Position numbers and translations under genes: made by a program. From Lytechinus pictus (lineage: Eukaryota), in NCBI RefSeq assembly GCF_037042905.1, contig NC_087251.1:42348001-42412000 (forward strand): a DNA stretch of 64,000 bases. Direction: 5' to 3'. The stretch's first letter is position 1, and the number at the start of each line of letters is the position of its first letter. A model generated the notes under the pieces. That model made no database searches. It was given only the letters and a program-made list of their open reading frames with translations, and was not told the DNA's origin. Of this stretch, positions 1 through 14,000 are shown in pieces.

Positions 1-290
1 CTGGAAGAAATTGTGTAATTGCTGAGAAATCAACAAATAAGCACAGGATTCGGGTAGAGCGTCGGGCCCGACGCTCAAAGCAATAATTATACACGGTCCC
101 ACGTGCGCTTATCTGTGTTGGGGGAGTTCAGTCTGAACATTTTTCAGCGTAGATTTCAAGATTTCACAAAGTTCAGTTTATGTAACTGTACCAGATCTAG
201 ATCCTCGATGATATACTGACAATTAAGCCTGGTTTTACAGACCTTCTCATGAAATCATTGTTTACTGCAACTACTGGAATTTCTCTTTAA
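1..290. mobile_element. Partial TTAA-flanked (Kolobok-like) non-autonomous DNA transposon end
   Basis: Ends ...GGAATTTCTCT-TTAA, the same terminal style as other TTAA elements in the window; the other end lies outside the window. Confidence 0.45.
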
Positions 291-482
291 AGGGAAATAA
301 TTCCACAAATCTGGAACAGCATGTGTAGTATCAGATTCTGATGTGATTTTGTTCATTTGGGCATACTCCGGAAACAAGGAGTATGTAAAGATCAAACAGG
401 AATGTACCAGTGTATTGAGAAGCAGATGTAGTAAACAAGACAAGATGGAAAAGAAAGAAAGACAGGAGGGGCAAGAAGGACA

Positions 483-836
483 CTTAGATCATTAACTCAA
501 CAACTCCTTCAAGTACCCAGACTAAGAACTAAGACGCATGGCGAAAGGTCCTTCTCCTACAGTGCCCCAACCCTTTGGAATTCCCTCCCCAGTACTCTCC
601 GATCACAAAATAATCTTGGACTTTTCAAATCCCAACTTAAAACATTTCTCTTTAATGAAGCATTCAAATAGACTTTTCCCAATACTTATGCCACATGTAA
701 CTGATTAATGTTGATGTTGTTTAAGTGTTATTCTAAGTAATTCCTTATGTTGTATAATTTTATTTCTGTAAAGTGCATTGAGAGTCCTTTCAGGTCTGAA
801 ATGCGCTATATACAGACTGCATTATTATTATTATTA
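483..836 (+). mobile_element. 5'-truncated L2/CR1-group LINE 3' end
   Basis: 483-671 reads LRSLTQQLLQVPRLRTKTHGERSFSYSAPTLWNSLPSTLRSQNNLGLFKSQLKTFLFNEAFK*, a typical L2 ORF2 C-terminus; followed by a GTAAAG..CATTGAG...GCGCTATA stem-loop tail and (ATT)n. Confidence 0.85.
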
Positions 837-962
837 CAAATGGGTTGCAGTTGTTGACTTGTAAACAAAAAGCTACTTCTGTTTCAAACAGTGTCAAAAA
901 TCTATAGCTTCTAATTTGTAGCTCTTTTCCATTACACCACATCACTATAGAATGATTGTACA

Positions 963-1219
963 TAGAGCTGCCAACATGATCAAGAACATTTCAGTATTTT
1001 AAAAGCTGAAAATCAGTATTTTGGTGAGGAAGTCAGTATTTTCAAAGAAATGCCATAGAACACATAAAACTGAAACTTTATATATCATTATTTCGCATGA
1101 ACCCATCAGGAGTGTGGAGTGAGTTGATTTTCAACTATGAAGGTCACACTATTACAGAAGAGGAGTAAATCATTTTTCATTAATAAATAACTGAAAATCA
1201 ATACGACTTTGCAGCCCTG
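963..1219. mobile_element. Degraded hAT-like MITE
   Basis: Imperfect TIRs TAGAGCTGCCAA / TTTGCAGCCCTG; no clean TSD. Confidence 0.4.
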
Positions 1220-1951
1220 TGTATATCCACTGTTTATAAGCAGAATGTTTTACTGGGACCATTGTATTTCTTCCCATTTGGAGGAAATACATTACACCTG
1301 TGAGAGTCGGCTACTATTCATTGAGCCATGTCTTCACTTTGTACGGTAGCAGCAAGAAATGAATGGTTTCTCCGAGTGTCAAATGGCTAGTTTGAGGGCA
1401 GGAGGAAATGGTTGATTTCCTGCTCTAGGTCCATGTACAATCATCAATGTTTCTTGATAGATAGATACCGTGACGGTTACTTCTCGCCTTCACCTAAGTG
1501 TGTCACGCAAACCACCCACATAAAAAAATTGTTATTTTACTCAAGTTGCATACAAGATTATTTCCTGTAAGACAAGATTGTTTAACACGGTTTCTTCTGA
1601 ATTAAATCTATTAAGAAATTAATCCTCTCGACGAGTAATCTAATTTACAAGTATATGATCAAGCAAGGACGGAGTATTCTTTCAAGTGCTTTTGTGGTTC
1701 ATAATGACCTCTCCTGTTTTTAGAACTTTACAACAGGTTCTTTTCCTGATCTCCAACCCCCATTAACTCTGCAAACTTGAAAAATATATCATATTATAAA
1801 TGATTAAATTCCAAATAAATTAAGGAAAAGTATATGGATTATATCGTCGGTAGGTATTAGTACGAGTTAGCATACTTTGCATGAATGGGTCAACAATGGA
1901 AATCTAGACACATCCAATAAACTGATTCAGATAAAAAATGAATGACCTTAC

Positions 1952-2063
1952 CTTGCGATCTACTCCTTATATTACAGCTATCGATGGTTGGCGAGCAGTT
2001 GGCATCAACCTCTACACAGGAGTGCTTGTGATGTGGTTGATTGGAGTTGCTTTCGGGATTAAA
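1952..2063 (-). CDS. FBXO11: FBXO11 exon 8
   Basis: TTTGTAG acceptor and GTAAGG donor, 112 nt; encodes FNPESNSNQPHHKHSCVEVDANCSPTIDSCNIRSRSQ. Confidence 0.95.
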
Positions 2064-5000
2064 CTACAAAGAGAATGACCCATCCAAGAATATACAGATT
2101 ATACAGATTTCAAGAAAAGGCAATACCAATTCATGTCTTGTTTCATCATGTTCACTCACTCTTGCACGATGTACATTGTCTATTTGGTTGGTTGTACGCC
2201 AGCAAATACGAGACTGATAACATTTTGAACAATGCACACTGAGGCCCGTATACTGAAGTCAGGTTTAACTTAGACCATGGTCTAACTCTGTGCTAAAATT
2301 ATGGGAAGCCAAAGGTGTCAAAATTTTTAATAAGTTGTATGTTTCTTATGTTTACTGTGCTCTTTCCTGATTCATCGATGGTGAAGACGATCTAGTTATA
2401 CTTCCTGGACAATCATGAATGACTTGAGAGCCAAATGAGCTGAAATATACTATCTCTACCAATAGTGATTTATGTAACAATTGGCTATCCATACTTAAAC
2501 CACAACTTTAAACCTGAGTTTAAGTTAAACCCGACTTCAGAATACAGGCCATAACGTCCACTTAAACTACCTCTAAAACTGCACTCTACCCTTTGGTGGA
2601 CCTATGAAGTCAATCATCTACAACATAATGAAAGTCTGATCAAATAAAGAACATTGAGAGGCTGTCACTGAGGATGACTTACTCCACCTAGATCGTGGTT
2701 ATTGATCATTGTTTGATTATTGATTATTTAACAATTATTCATAATCAATTACATGAAGCAAACTTGGGCAACCAGCATTTGCATATCATCATAATCTCCA
2801 AAATCAAACTCATCCTTACTGTTATCTTTTTTTATGGAGGCATCGTAGAGAGTAGATTGATTAAACAGAAAAAAGTAAAATGCAGAAGTGTTGTGTACAT
2901 GTACATCTGCATAAAAGGATTAACCATATTTCGACCATAATCCAGATGCATTACATAACCTTTCTCATTTTCATTTTCTTACACAATTAAAGAACTAATC
3001 AAAAGATGGATATTGATACGAATAGGCAAGCATAGAAGCAGGGTGCTACATAAGCACTTGCCCGATTGCCCGGGGCAAGTAAAAGTTAGAGTTGGGCAAG
3101 TGTTTTGAAGCAAAAGACCAAAACTACTTGCCCGAATTGGGCAAGCAAAATTCTCACGTAAAATGACAAAAATTAGGGTCGATATGATATTGACCCTAAT
3201 TTTGGTCATGGCAGGCAAGAAAAAATCACTTTGGAAAAAGAAATGCAATAACAAGGTAGATCAGTTCATGTCAAAAGAGAGAAAAAGGTCAATGGTTTAT
3301 AAAACCGCAATAGACCTACATGTATTTTCTTTTGAAGAGGTAAAACTTTATTTCAGGATTTTTTTCGGGCAAGTGAAACAGATTTTTGGGCAAGTATATT
3401 ACAACCATTTAAAAATTTACTTGCCCAACTGGGCAAGTGCTTCTAAAAAGTTATGTAGCACCCTGCATAGAAGAATAACATGAAGAATGCATGTTACTTA
3501 CCCTAATACTAATATAACCAAGATATGCATCTTCACATCCTTCAATGAACCTAAACGTAGACTCTTTACTGTTCTCTACAATCACACTGTCTGGAATGTG
3601 ACCAGGAGCTGGAAAAAAAAATAAAACAGATGAATATCAAGTTTACCATGGCGATCAGAAACGTCTTTAATAAAAGGGAATGGGGAGCTTAGAAAGGGTG
3701 ACAGAAGTGAAGGATCTGAGCATGCTCTGTCCAGTGGGAATTTCAGACTGAGCATGTGCAGAATGATTTTTTAAAAAGGAAATCTTACGTACCCAATGCC
3801 TTCCATTGTGAGCTTTAAAAAAAATCCTTTTCGTATCATTTCAAAGAACAGGACTCCGTCTTACAAAGAGTCACGATTGATTCCATCAATCTCGAGTATA
3901 TGGAAATCCATAAACATCACAATTTTTTCTTCAAGAAAACTATGAATGTATGAAAATACATCATATCTAGAAAATATTTTCAACAAACATACATTTTAGG
4001 TGTTGACGTTGCTTGATTGGGTTGTGGTTGATTGAATCTATCATAAGTCTTTGTATGATGGGGCCCAGGGGTCAACAGTAATGGTAGAACAGTTTCACAA
4101 AAATTTGCTGATTAGCATTTTGTTAAATATTTCGTTGTGTTGCCAATTAAGAGTGTGAAATGATTGGCTAAAATCATAATATATTCTTCAGAAAAATTTC
4201 TACACACTGCATTGGGGTTGGTATCAATTCTCAGCATATTTTTCTCTCTATAATCCCCAAGTAACTGTTAACATTAAAGGGTAATCAGGAACTGTACAAG
4301 TGTAAAAGGAGACACTTTACTGCTATGGGTTAACCCATCATCAATTATGGTCAATACATACCAGCTCCTAATATGCAGACAGGTGTGTCTATGTACAGCC
4401 ACTCTCCGGTATAAACACCCTCGTGAACCAATATCAGGGTGTATTCGTTACCCTCCACCGATGACAGCGCCTCGTCTATCGTGTCGTAGTACTGGATATC
4501 ACGGCCTTTGAATAGTTCAGGAGAATCATGCATGTAGGCGGCATAGCCTGGCTTGACGTGGACAGCTGAGTACTGAGAATCGGGTATAGAAAACATGGGA
4601 TAAATGGCTACTCACTCCTTTATCAATCCGTATAATGACATTGGCATTATAATCATTATTCACAAAATAATGTAAATGGTGTTAAGAGAAACATCCAAAT
4701 GAATCGTAGTATTTAATATAAAATATGAAATACTACGATACTAACAAAAATCAAACAATATATGTTAACTAAGGATATATTATATAAATATACCAGGCTT
4801 TGAGTAAGTATAGCGGGAATTATTCATCTGAGGTTGGACTGGCATTACTATTTTTTCCCAAGGGGCGAAGCCCTGAGGGAAAAAATAGTGATTATGCCAG
4901 TATAACCGAGGATGAATAATTCCCTCTATACTTTCGAAATAAAGGCCTGGTATATTTGTTTTATATCCTACTTTAATAAGTTATAGAAATAGATCTTTAT

Positions 5001-8000
5001 AATCTAGTTCTTATACTCTTAGTTCATCCTTTTTTCAATCTGAATCAAACCAGCTGCGCTGACTGACCTGCTTTTCCTGAAGCGCATTTTCTTCGGTGGG
5101 CGTTTCATTTTCGACATCATCGCAAAATAGTGAGAATATGTTTGATCACATGATGCTATTTAAACCAATCAGCATACAGGATTTAATTTATGTAGGATAT
5201 AAATGTGACTACGGCATACCTACCATTGGAATAAACAAAATTTCCACAAGAAGGTTTTAGCATGTGTTTAAACTGATAGCAGGAATACATGTATGACTCG
5301 TCTTCTCCATGTCAAATGCTATTAATTACATTCATGTTTGCCTCGGCAATTGGTCAAACTCCATCAATCAGATATCTTACTACATAATCATCAGCAGTAA
5401 CAAGAAAACCGATAAAGCTACTTTCATTTAATTAATAAATTTGCCAAATTACAGCAAATGAGCATGAAAACGATCAACTGAATAATAATAAAAACCTTGC
5501 TTCATAAAATTATATCTTATTCCACATTCTTTGAAAATACTTGCCCCAAACACAAGTAGTAATATTATTTGAGAAACATTATACTATCTCGCAGTTTCAC
5601 TTCACTTCACATGTACAAATAAAAATGCAACTTACATTGCGTGTCACCATTTACAACTGATCGTCATTCAGTAACTGTTATCTTATAGACCTTATGCACG
5701 ACATCATGATCTCATAGCGCCCTCCCTCAGAGGATATACGAATATGTGTAAACGGAGTTGTCAGAGATACACCAGGTAATGGTTTCAGCCTCTAAGATGG
5801 CGGTATGATGAAGTCAGTGGATCAAGGTCTATTACTCAACATCATACAACATGCAAAAATCCCTTTCAGTTAAAGGGCAATTTTTCAAAACACCCATTTT
5901 CTATGGCAACCTCAAAAAAACAGAAGCGAATGAAGACCAATGGAGTGTTAGCAAAATACGTATATACATACCAAAGTTTTAAAACTCTCTTTCCATATGT
6001 TTGGCACATCTAGCTTGTCTGGCTGGACAAATTTGAATTTGGTTGGCCCTGGTCGCAGAAGGGGAAGAGATAGCTCATATACAGACTGGTACAACCGTTT
6101 CCTACAATGAAAAAAAGAAACAAATTCACATGAACCGAATGGCTTCTTAATTCTCTCAGTTCCTGTGACTTTAAATATCAAGGGGCCTCCGGGGGGGGGG
6201 GGGGGGGCGGCGCTTGGAGGGGGTGTTTTACAAAGAGATAGGTATGACTTAAGAGTCGCACTTAAATATCCAGTTTCATGTGGTGGTATATAAGGAATCA
6301 CCGCATTGGTGAAATCAAGCTGAGAAGACTCACACTACTGCGTATTAATCAACACGATTACGTGTTACATATCATTTGCGCGTCGGCGTTTGAGCATGAC
6401 TCTGTGAAACACCCCCCGGGAGTCTTGGCTGCAGAAAACTAGAGTCCCAGTTTCCTGCGATAGTGAAAGCAAAAGAAAAATTCACGGAATCCAGGAAGAA
6501 TGCAGAATTCACAGAATTTCATGGAAAACGCTCATTTTCAGGCAAACAAATAATGACGAGAAATACAGTGAAAATCATGAAAATCAAAGCAAAATCAATT
6601 AAAAATATACACAATCTATGAGTGAAAAATCTGCTCATCATACCTGTTTGGAACGTTTTGTTTGTATTTGTTTGTCATGCTGTATATCCATTGGAACTTC
6701 ATTTTTCTTTTTTTATTATTTACTATAGTTTTGTACAAGTCATGAAAGAACACAGACTGTCATGTTAAGAACAATGAAATGCATTAAACTGGCATTTTAG
6801 AAAACGGGGAAACAGGGGTCTCTAGTGTAACAATGGTTTAAGGGGCTCAAATGTTATTTTATTATGAAGATGGTAATTATGGAGATGGCAAAGGTCTACA
6901 AGAACTTTGGAGTGTTTCATGAAGCATCCTGCCAGTGATTTTCACTGACTAATTTGCTCTCAGCCAATCAGATGCAAGGATTTCAGTAGCTTATAACATC
7001 CGTCAGTGAAAATCACAGAGCAATTGTTTTGTGAAATGCTCTCATGATGGTGTGATGGTCACGATAGTGATACATGAAATGGAAAAAGTACTTTTGAATT
7101 TTTATCAAGGGCATCTTTATGGTATTAAAGACTTTTTCTCACTCAAAAAGTGAAATGCTTTTAGCATCATTGCCTCTTAATAGTATTCTGAACTAAGGTT
7201 TGATTTAATCTCTAGTTTAAAATTGTGGTTTATCTGTTAAATGTCAAATGTGACACAAATCTCCAACAGTACACGTTTAATTCGTCAACTCATTTGACAC
7301 ACAAAGTATTAATAACTGTTGGGAAACAATAACTTAATTGTTTTTCTTCACTATTAAAGATTGAGGAAAGATGAAAGTAAACATTAAAAATAACAAACTG
7401 ACATTTTTTGGCTTCCCATAATTTTAGCAGAGAGTTAGTCCTTGGTCTAAAAAAAATGAAAGCAGACTTCAGAATACGGGCCTAGGTATTCGAATGCAAA
7501 TTGTTAAAAACTCCTCAAACTGGGCAGGATCCTAAAAAAAAAGTAGGTCACACAAACCTTGCTCTACCTTACTGTAAAATATTCAATCATGCCTTCCATT
7601 CATACTGTACAACATGAGTTCATAGTAGCCTGCAGCATTTCAGAGTTCTAAAGCCGCAGCTATGGGAATTCTCGCTCACTTTTCACATCATTCTTCATTT
7701 GATGGTATCAATCAAATGAAGACATGCCATTCTTATCAAGATTTGGCCAAGGGCCTTTTCACACATGAATCTTGAACCATTATTGTAATGATTGCAATTC
7801 GTCTTTCACACAGAAAATTTGTACCGTAATTTGAGTGAAACTGGAATTCACCTCTGGAGTAATACTTGAATACGTGATTGTGATTAGCATTCGTGATTCT
7901 AGTTTGTTTTCACACATGCTAAATATTTGTCATTAGCCTATTTTTCACTGGAAACAGCATTCAAATTATTTTTTTTTTACCGTGTGAAAGGGCGGATAGT

Positions 8001-11000
8001 CTCCTCACCTTAAGGTAGTATAATCAATATCACTGTAACCAGGTTAAAGGAGAATTAGAAAAACATGGTTATAAGGTGTTTGCTGGGGAAGTTGGCCCCT
8101 ATTCACACCTGAAATTTAAAGCTATTGTTAGAGCACTTATTGTCAAACATATAACACACGATCAAGTTACAGGTGTGCATGGGGAAGTAAATGGAACCAT
8201 TTATTAAAAAGGTATAGATGGTGTGCATATTGCCCACCTCGCTCTAAGATGATAATGACCCATTCCTGTTTCTAATAGGTAATACGGCATAATAATCGAG
8301 TCTACCCAAGACTACTTACAGTGATGTACCAACAATTATTAAAGCTGCTCTCTATTCATTTACGGTCTTAATATTCCACAACTAGGCTAGATTAGCTAAT
8401 ATTGTACCCCAAAATAAGTTCAGTTCAAGGCTGAACCAGATGTATTTCCCTACAAAGACATTCATGTGGCCCATCTGTGGACCATCTATGTGGAACATCT
8501 GTCTTTGTTTCATCCTATAGCTTTCACTTGAATAAAATTGAATATATCACTAAAGATGCCATAATTATTCCAAACAGTAGCTGTGTCGAGCTGGATATCA
8601 AACATTGAATGTAACAATGACACCAATGAATTGAACTGATTTCTACAATGATTTTTTTTTTCTTTATATGTAGCATTACAGGGATGCAAGACAGTTTTAC
8701 CCATTGGGCCTGAAGAAGAAAGAAGAAGAAAAAAAAAAGCCAAAACAAGCTAAAGCCTAGTACAGTTTGGCCCTTTTGAGGGGAAAACTGCTTTTTCTAA
8801 AGCCTTAACATAGGGAGACTCATCAAAACTACATACCCCCCATGCATATCCTTTTCAGTAGCAGCCAACACTGAAATAGATTGGCATGGGGGGGAGGGGG
8901 GTAATGTGGCACAATGTGAGTCTCCCTCTGTCTGTCTGGCTTTGGGTAATGTTGCTTCCCTCTCACAAGGGCCAAACTGGGCTAGCTAAAGCCCAATATG
9001 TGTTTTACAAAGTTGATCCTGAAAAAAACAAACATGAAAGGTGAAGCAGTCAGGGCCTAAAGTAAGTCAAAAACTTGAAGACTGACAGTTCGGAGTATCA
9101 CCACTTAGAGACATAGTAGTAATAAAGGACAAAGCTATGATTAGTGATATCTGGTAGGTCATTAAAATTTGTTTTCAATTAACATCTTAAAGGTCAAGTC
9201 CACCCCAGGTAAATGCTGATTTGAATAGATAGAGAAAAATAAAACTAGAATAGTGCTGAAAATTTCATCAAAATCGGATGTAAAATAAGAAAGTTATGAC
9301 ATTTTAAAGTTTCGCTTATTTTTTCACAAAACAGTGATACGCAGAACTAGGTGAGTCAGTCGATGATGTCCATCACTCACTAGTTCTTTTGTTTTTCATT
9401 GTTTGAATTATATAATATTTCATAATTTATAGATTTGACAATAAGGACCAACTTGACTGAACCATATAGTATTAAACAATGCTAATTCCACATGTTCAGG
9501 GAGGAATTAATCGTTGTATCACTTGCCAATGAGGAGAAAATTAGAATAGTTCAAATTTCATATGATAAAATACAAAAGAAATAGTGAGTGGATGATGTCA
9601 TAGTCTCCTCATTTGCATACCAGCCAGGATGTGCATATAACTGTTATGTGAAACTAAGCGAAGCTTTAAAATGTCATAACTTTCTTATGTTACATCAGAT
9701 TTTGATGAAATTTCAGTGTTATGCTTGTTGGATTTTTCTCTTTTTATTCAAATCAACTTTTTGTTGGGGTGGACTTGTCCTTTAAGCAGTATAGAGGGTG
9801 GGCTACGTACCATAGAGTGAGATCGCTGGCAAGGGTGTTGAACCTCTTACATACACATGCCACATTGCATAGATCCTTCTCTAGGAGGTAGGAAAGGATT
9901 TTGATGAGGATCTCATCTGGCATCAACGACTCCAGGAAATTGTCATCTCCTGTCGTCCCTACAAAAAGGTAAACAAAGACAAAGAAGGGCTGCTCACTCT
10001 TCTGTTCATTACTATCTTTCTATTGAGATATATCGAACACTCTGTTAAACCAGAAACTTGACATGAAACCTTCACAGAAATGATATTCAATGTCTATGGT
10101 CTGACAATGGAAAATCCATTACTGTATTTTGTTAGTTTTTTAAATTTCACGAAATAGTGGAAAATTCATACAAAAATGATAAGACTGGAAAAATCAACTT
10201 TAAAAATCAATTATATATTATTTGAACATCATGTTTGGTTTCTAGTTCTTACAAAACAGTAGCAATTCAGACAAAAAAATCATGAGACTAGAATAAGATA
10301 TCTATACCAAGGCTCCACGCTAACTTTTTTCTTGGTGGCCCGAATGGTCCACCAAAATTATCAATTTCACATTCTTGGTGGTCCGCAAGGCAAATTTGGT
10401 GGCCCTAAAACAATAGGAAACATTACAATTTATCAAAACTTTGGTAGCCCAACTGGACAACCAAGTGTGGGCTTTTGTAGAATTTTGGTGGCCCTACTCT
10501 CATTTTTGGTTGCCCCGGGCCACTGCTAATGTCAAGCCCTGTTTATACCCTTCCCTATCTACAGCTGTTTGGTTGGGCAAAGAGGTGGTCCAAGACTGAC
10601 TAGGGTTCCTATTACATTGAGGCTCGTTATAATAACAAATGCACAATTTCTATAGGAAATCTACTTTCAGCCAATCAGATTAGCAGATTTCAGTAGCTTT
10701 TGAATGTTATTGCAAATTGGTTAATATTATATTATGAAATTGGTCCCAGGGTGGACGTAAACTTCAGATTAGAAAGGGCACACAGCTTCAGCTGGACCTC
10801 ATCCGAAGGTCACGCTCACATGGCTACATGCAGCAGTTGGAACAGGTTTATAGGATGTAACAAATATTCATGACCAGTTACGTCATGATAAGACCAAATC
10901 TTGGTTAACATGGACAACTTGGATTGGGTAGATTTGGTCAGCCAAAATTTTGAGTTAAACGGGAAACAGGGAGGAGAAAGACAAGAAGAAGAACAAAGAA

Positions 11001-14000
11001 AGGATTTCAAGACAACAAATGGTAGGTTAAATACTGTACCTCCTGATGCTTGAGTGTCTGTATGACTGGAAAGCCTTGATCTCTTGGCTCTCGTCATGGG
11101 AGATGACCCAGGTGATGAACTCTGTAAAGACACAGACAATAGGATGAGATTAAAGATACCATACAAATGTCATACTTGATACCCAAAATGCTGTGTTCAT
11201 GTGACGTTTCATTCAAATCACATTCAGAGTCAGTCAATCAATGCTTTGTTGATCAAATACAAATGCAAGCGTGAAACATGAAATGTGGAAAAAAGGTGTG
11301 CTTAGGAGTAGGTACTAGAAGGGTGATTCCCCAGGCAAGAACCATGGATGTCAATAGTTGATCTTAGGAGAGATCTAAATTGTGATTCTACCATAGGCAG
11401 TCTTCGGTCACACAATCAAGGTCAAATGTCAGTTAGGGTTAATGAACATAGTACATTATCAAATGAATGGCGGATTTTGTACATAATTATTCTAGTCATT
11501 TTCAAAGTCAGCATTGCTGCTATATAATCATGTCATGCAGGCGGGACTGCCAGAGGCACTCCACTATTAAAAGCTATGCCCAAGTGTTTAATAATGCATG
11601 CATGCATCTTAACAGGATAATATCTGGGCCGCCTGAAATTCCGTTTTGCCACCCGAACCTCCATAGTCAAGTGGCCCGGCTGGCCACCTAAAAAAAAAAG
11701 TTAAAGGTTTCAAATTCCCGACCACAATTCCTAGTCTATGATTAAAGACCCTTGCTGATTAATTCACTTCATGGAATTTGAGAAAGAAGAATAGCACAAG
11801 ACCTGTCTAGTGCTATGTCAATGTGTTTGACCAACGTTTTGATAATCCTAATCATACATGTAGTAAACAAACCCAATTCACCTCTTTCTGGCTACTATTC
11901 AGAGTCGGTCCTGCAGTCAGTTTGTGTCTGTACATGTATGTACCTTCCATGCATTTACATGGGAAGATGTGGTTATTGGTACATACATGTACATGTAAAT
12001 GGATGCAGCGAATGGTTGGCATTGTGTGGAGAGCAGAAGTAAATCAGACTTTCCCAGAATGCACAAATTGGCAACTGTTTGACTGAATACTAGCCTTGGC
12101 CTTATTTCATCTGTTTATCACACCTGTCTCATCTCAATGGGCACATTCACACTAATATAAAGTGCATGATCTGTCATGTTATAATACTAATGGTGACTGA
12201 TGATGCAGATAGTAAAGTATATAAACTGGAGAAAAGGTAGATATTCATGTTTATTCCACTTTCAATATCAGAAGGGAATGTTCCAACTGGATTTTGTCGA
12301 ACACCCTTGTTCGTATCACACGAAGACCCCGTTCTCAACACAATTCTTAAAACTAGTTTACTGGAAACCGATTCAGAAAACCAGTTTGGAAGATCCCTTT
12401 GCTAGCGTTCCCACTCGATACCTGAAAGTGGTTTTCAAAAGCACTTCACGGTCGCTTCGCGGAAAGCGATCTTGTTGCTATGGGAACGCTCTCAGTGAGG
12501 TGACATGTTTCGTGCGAAATTCAAAACCGCAGCATCTACACACAGTGTGTGGAGTAGCACTTTCAAAATGTGCAAAGATCGCTTCCCGAAGAACAATTGT
12601 GTCCTCACTTACGCTAAAACCAGTTTAACAAGGCAAAGTGATCTTCAAAACTACATCGTGCGAGGTGGTTTTCTGAACCGGTTTGGAAGATCGCTTCCAA
12701 GACCGCTTTGACCGTTCTCATTACATGTTAAACTACATGTAGTTTCCAGTAAACTAGTTTTAGGACGGTAGTGAGAACGGTGTCTCTGTTGATTATCAAA
12801 ACTGACACTCCCCTTGTATGAATACTGAGAACTAAAGATATGTACATGTAGCATTTAAAGTCATAACAATACAACCTGTACATTCCAACTCTACATGTAG
12901 GCCTACATGTACATGTATGATGTACATGTATTTTGGCCTGGCAAGCAAATCAATCAACCAAGAATAATGTTTCTCCCCCCCCCCCTAATCAATATCATCT
13001 TGACTTCACTGAAATAGGCATACATGTAGATGCATACTGACCAGATTTTATATTTTTAAGCATAGGCCCTACTTATTCAGCAAGTAACAAAATAAGTAGG
13101 CCTACCCATTTACCCAGGGGGTGGGGGGGCATCCCCTTTTTCAGACCTAATTTTCAGTTCCCTAGATACTCCAAATGACAAAAGTTCCGTTCACAAGCCG
13201 CACGCCCCGCTCTCGAGACCAACGTTACGAAACATCTCAGTTCCCAAGCCCTGTCTAAATTGTACAGTGCGAGCATCGCAAAGCTTGCAGCTGCATGCAC
13301 GGCTTCATATTTCTTCTACATACATATACCACAAAATACAAATACTTATGCAGTCCATGTAATTTCATCAGTCCCAGGCACATTTGAATCAATATTTGAT
13401 ACGCAAGTTTGACTGGAGTCACTGGATTCCAACTTTTGGCTAAATAATATGGGTAACTGAAAAAGGAATTGGGATGAAATATTTGTACATATTAGCATAT
13501 AGATGCAGGCTCAGAGTAATTTCAGAATACCTCACATAGGCCAATATGTAAGACAAACATATAGGCCTATACAGAGTACATGTGTTGCTATCAGCTGCAT
13601 ATACATCATTCTTCTTGTCAATTAAATTCATTTTCTGAAACAGACGGGTTGAGAAGTCGACCAAACCTCTCTGGGAACAAGCATTGTCTGATGCATTCAC
13701 ACTGACCAAAATTACGTTGTCATTGCACTAGTTAATCAATGTAAAGTACATGTCGATCTTCTGCGGTATGAATGCACCCGAGAGCCTTCAACGACTATGA
13801 CTGATACTTCCCTCCCGTGCGCCATTCGATAGTAATCACAGACTTTCCTGTGTGTGCTTCCCAGCAAGTCAACCAATACAAGCAAAAGATGCCCCCCCCC
13901 CCCCACCTCTCCCCCTTCACAATTCTGACATCTTGTGGGGGAGGGGGATACAATCAGGTCTCCGTATTTTGATACTTGAAGGACAATTTCTATCAAAGGG

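Noticed and set aside
9588..9785. Similar short ORFs ending FCWGGLVL (also at 23590 and 37360)
   Set aside because: Chance reading frames in copies of the same MITE, not a gene family.
10816..11039. Extension of the ORF beyond FBXO11 exon 3
   Set aside because: Intron read-through; the donor at 11039 gives the phase needed for the F-box exon.
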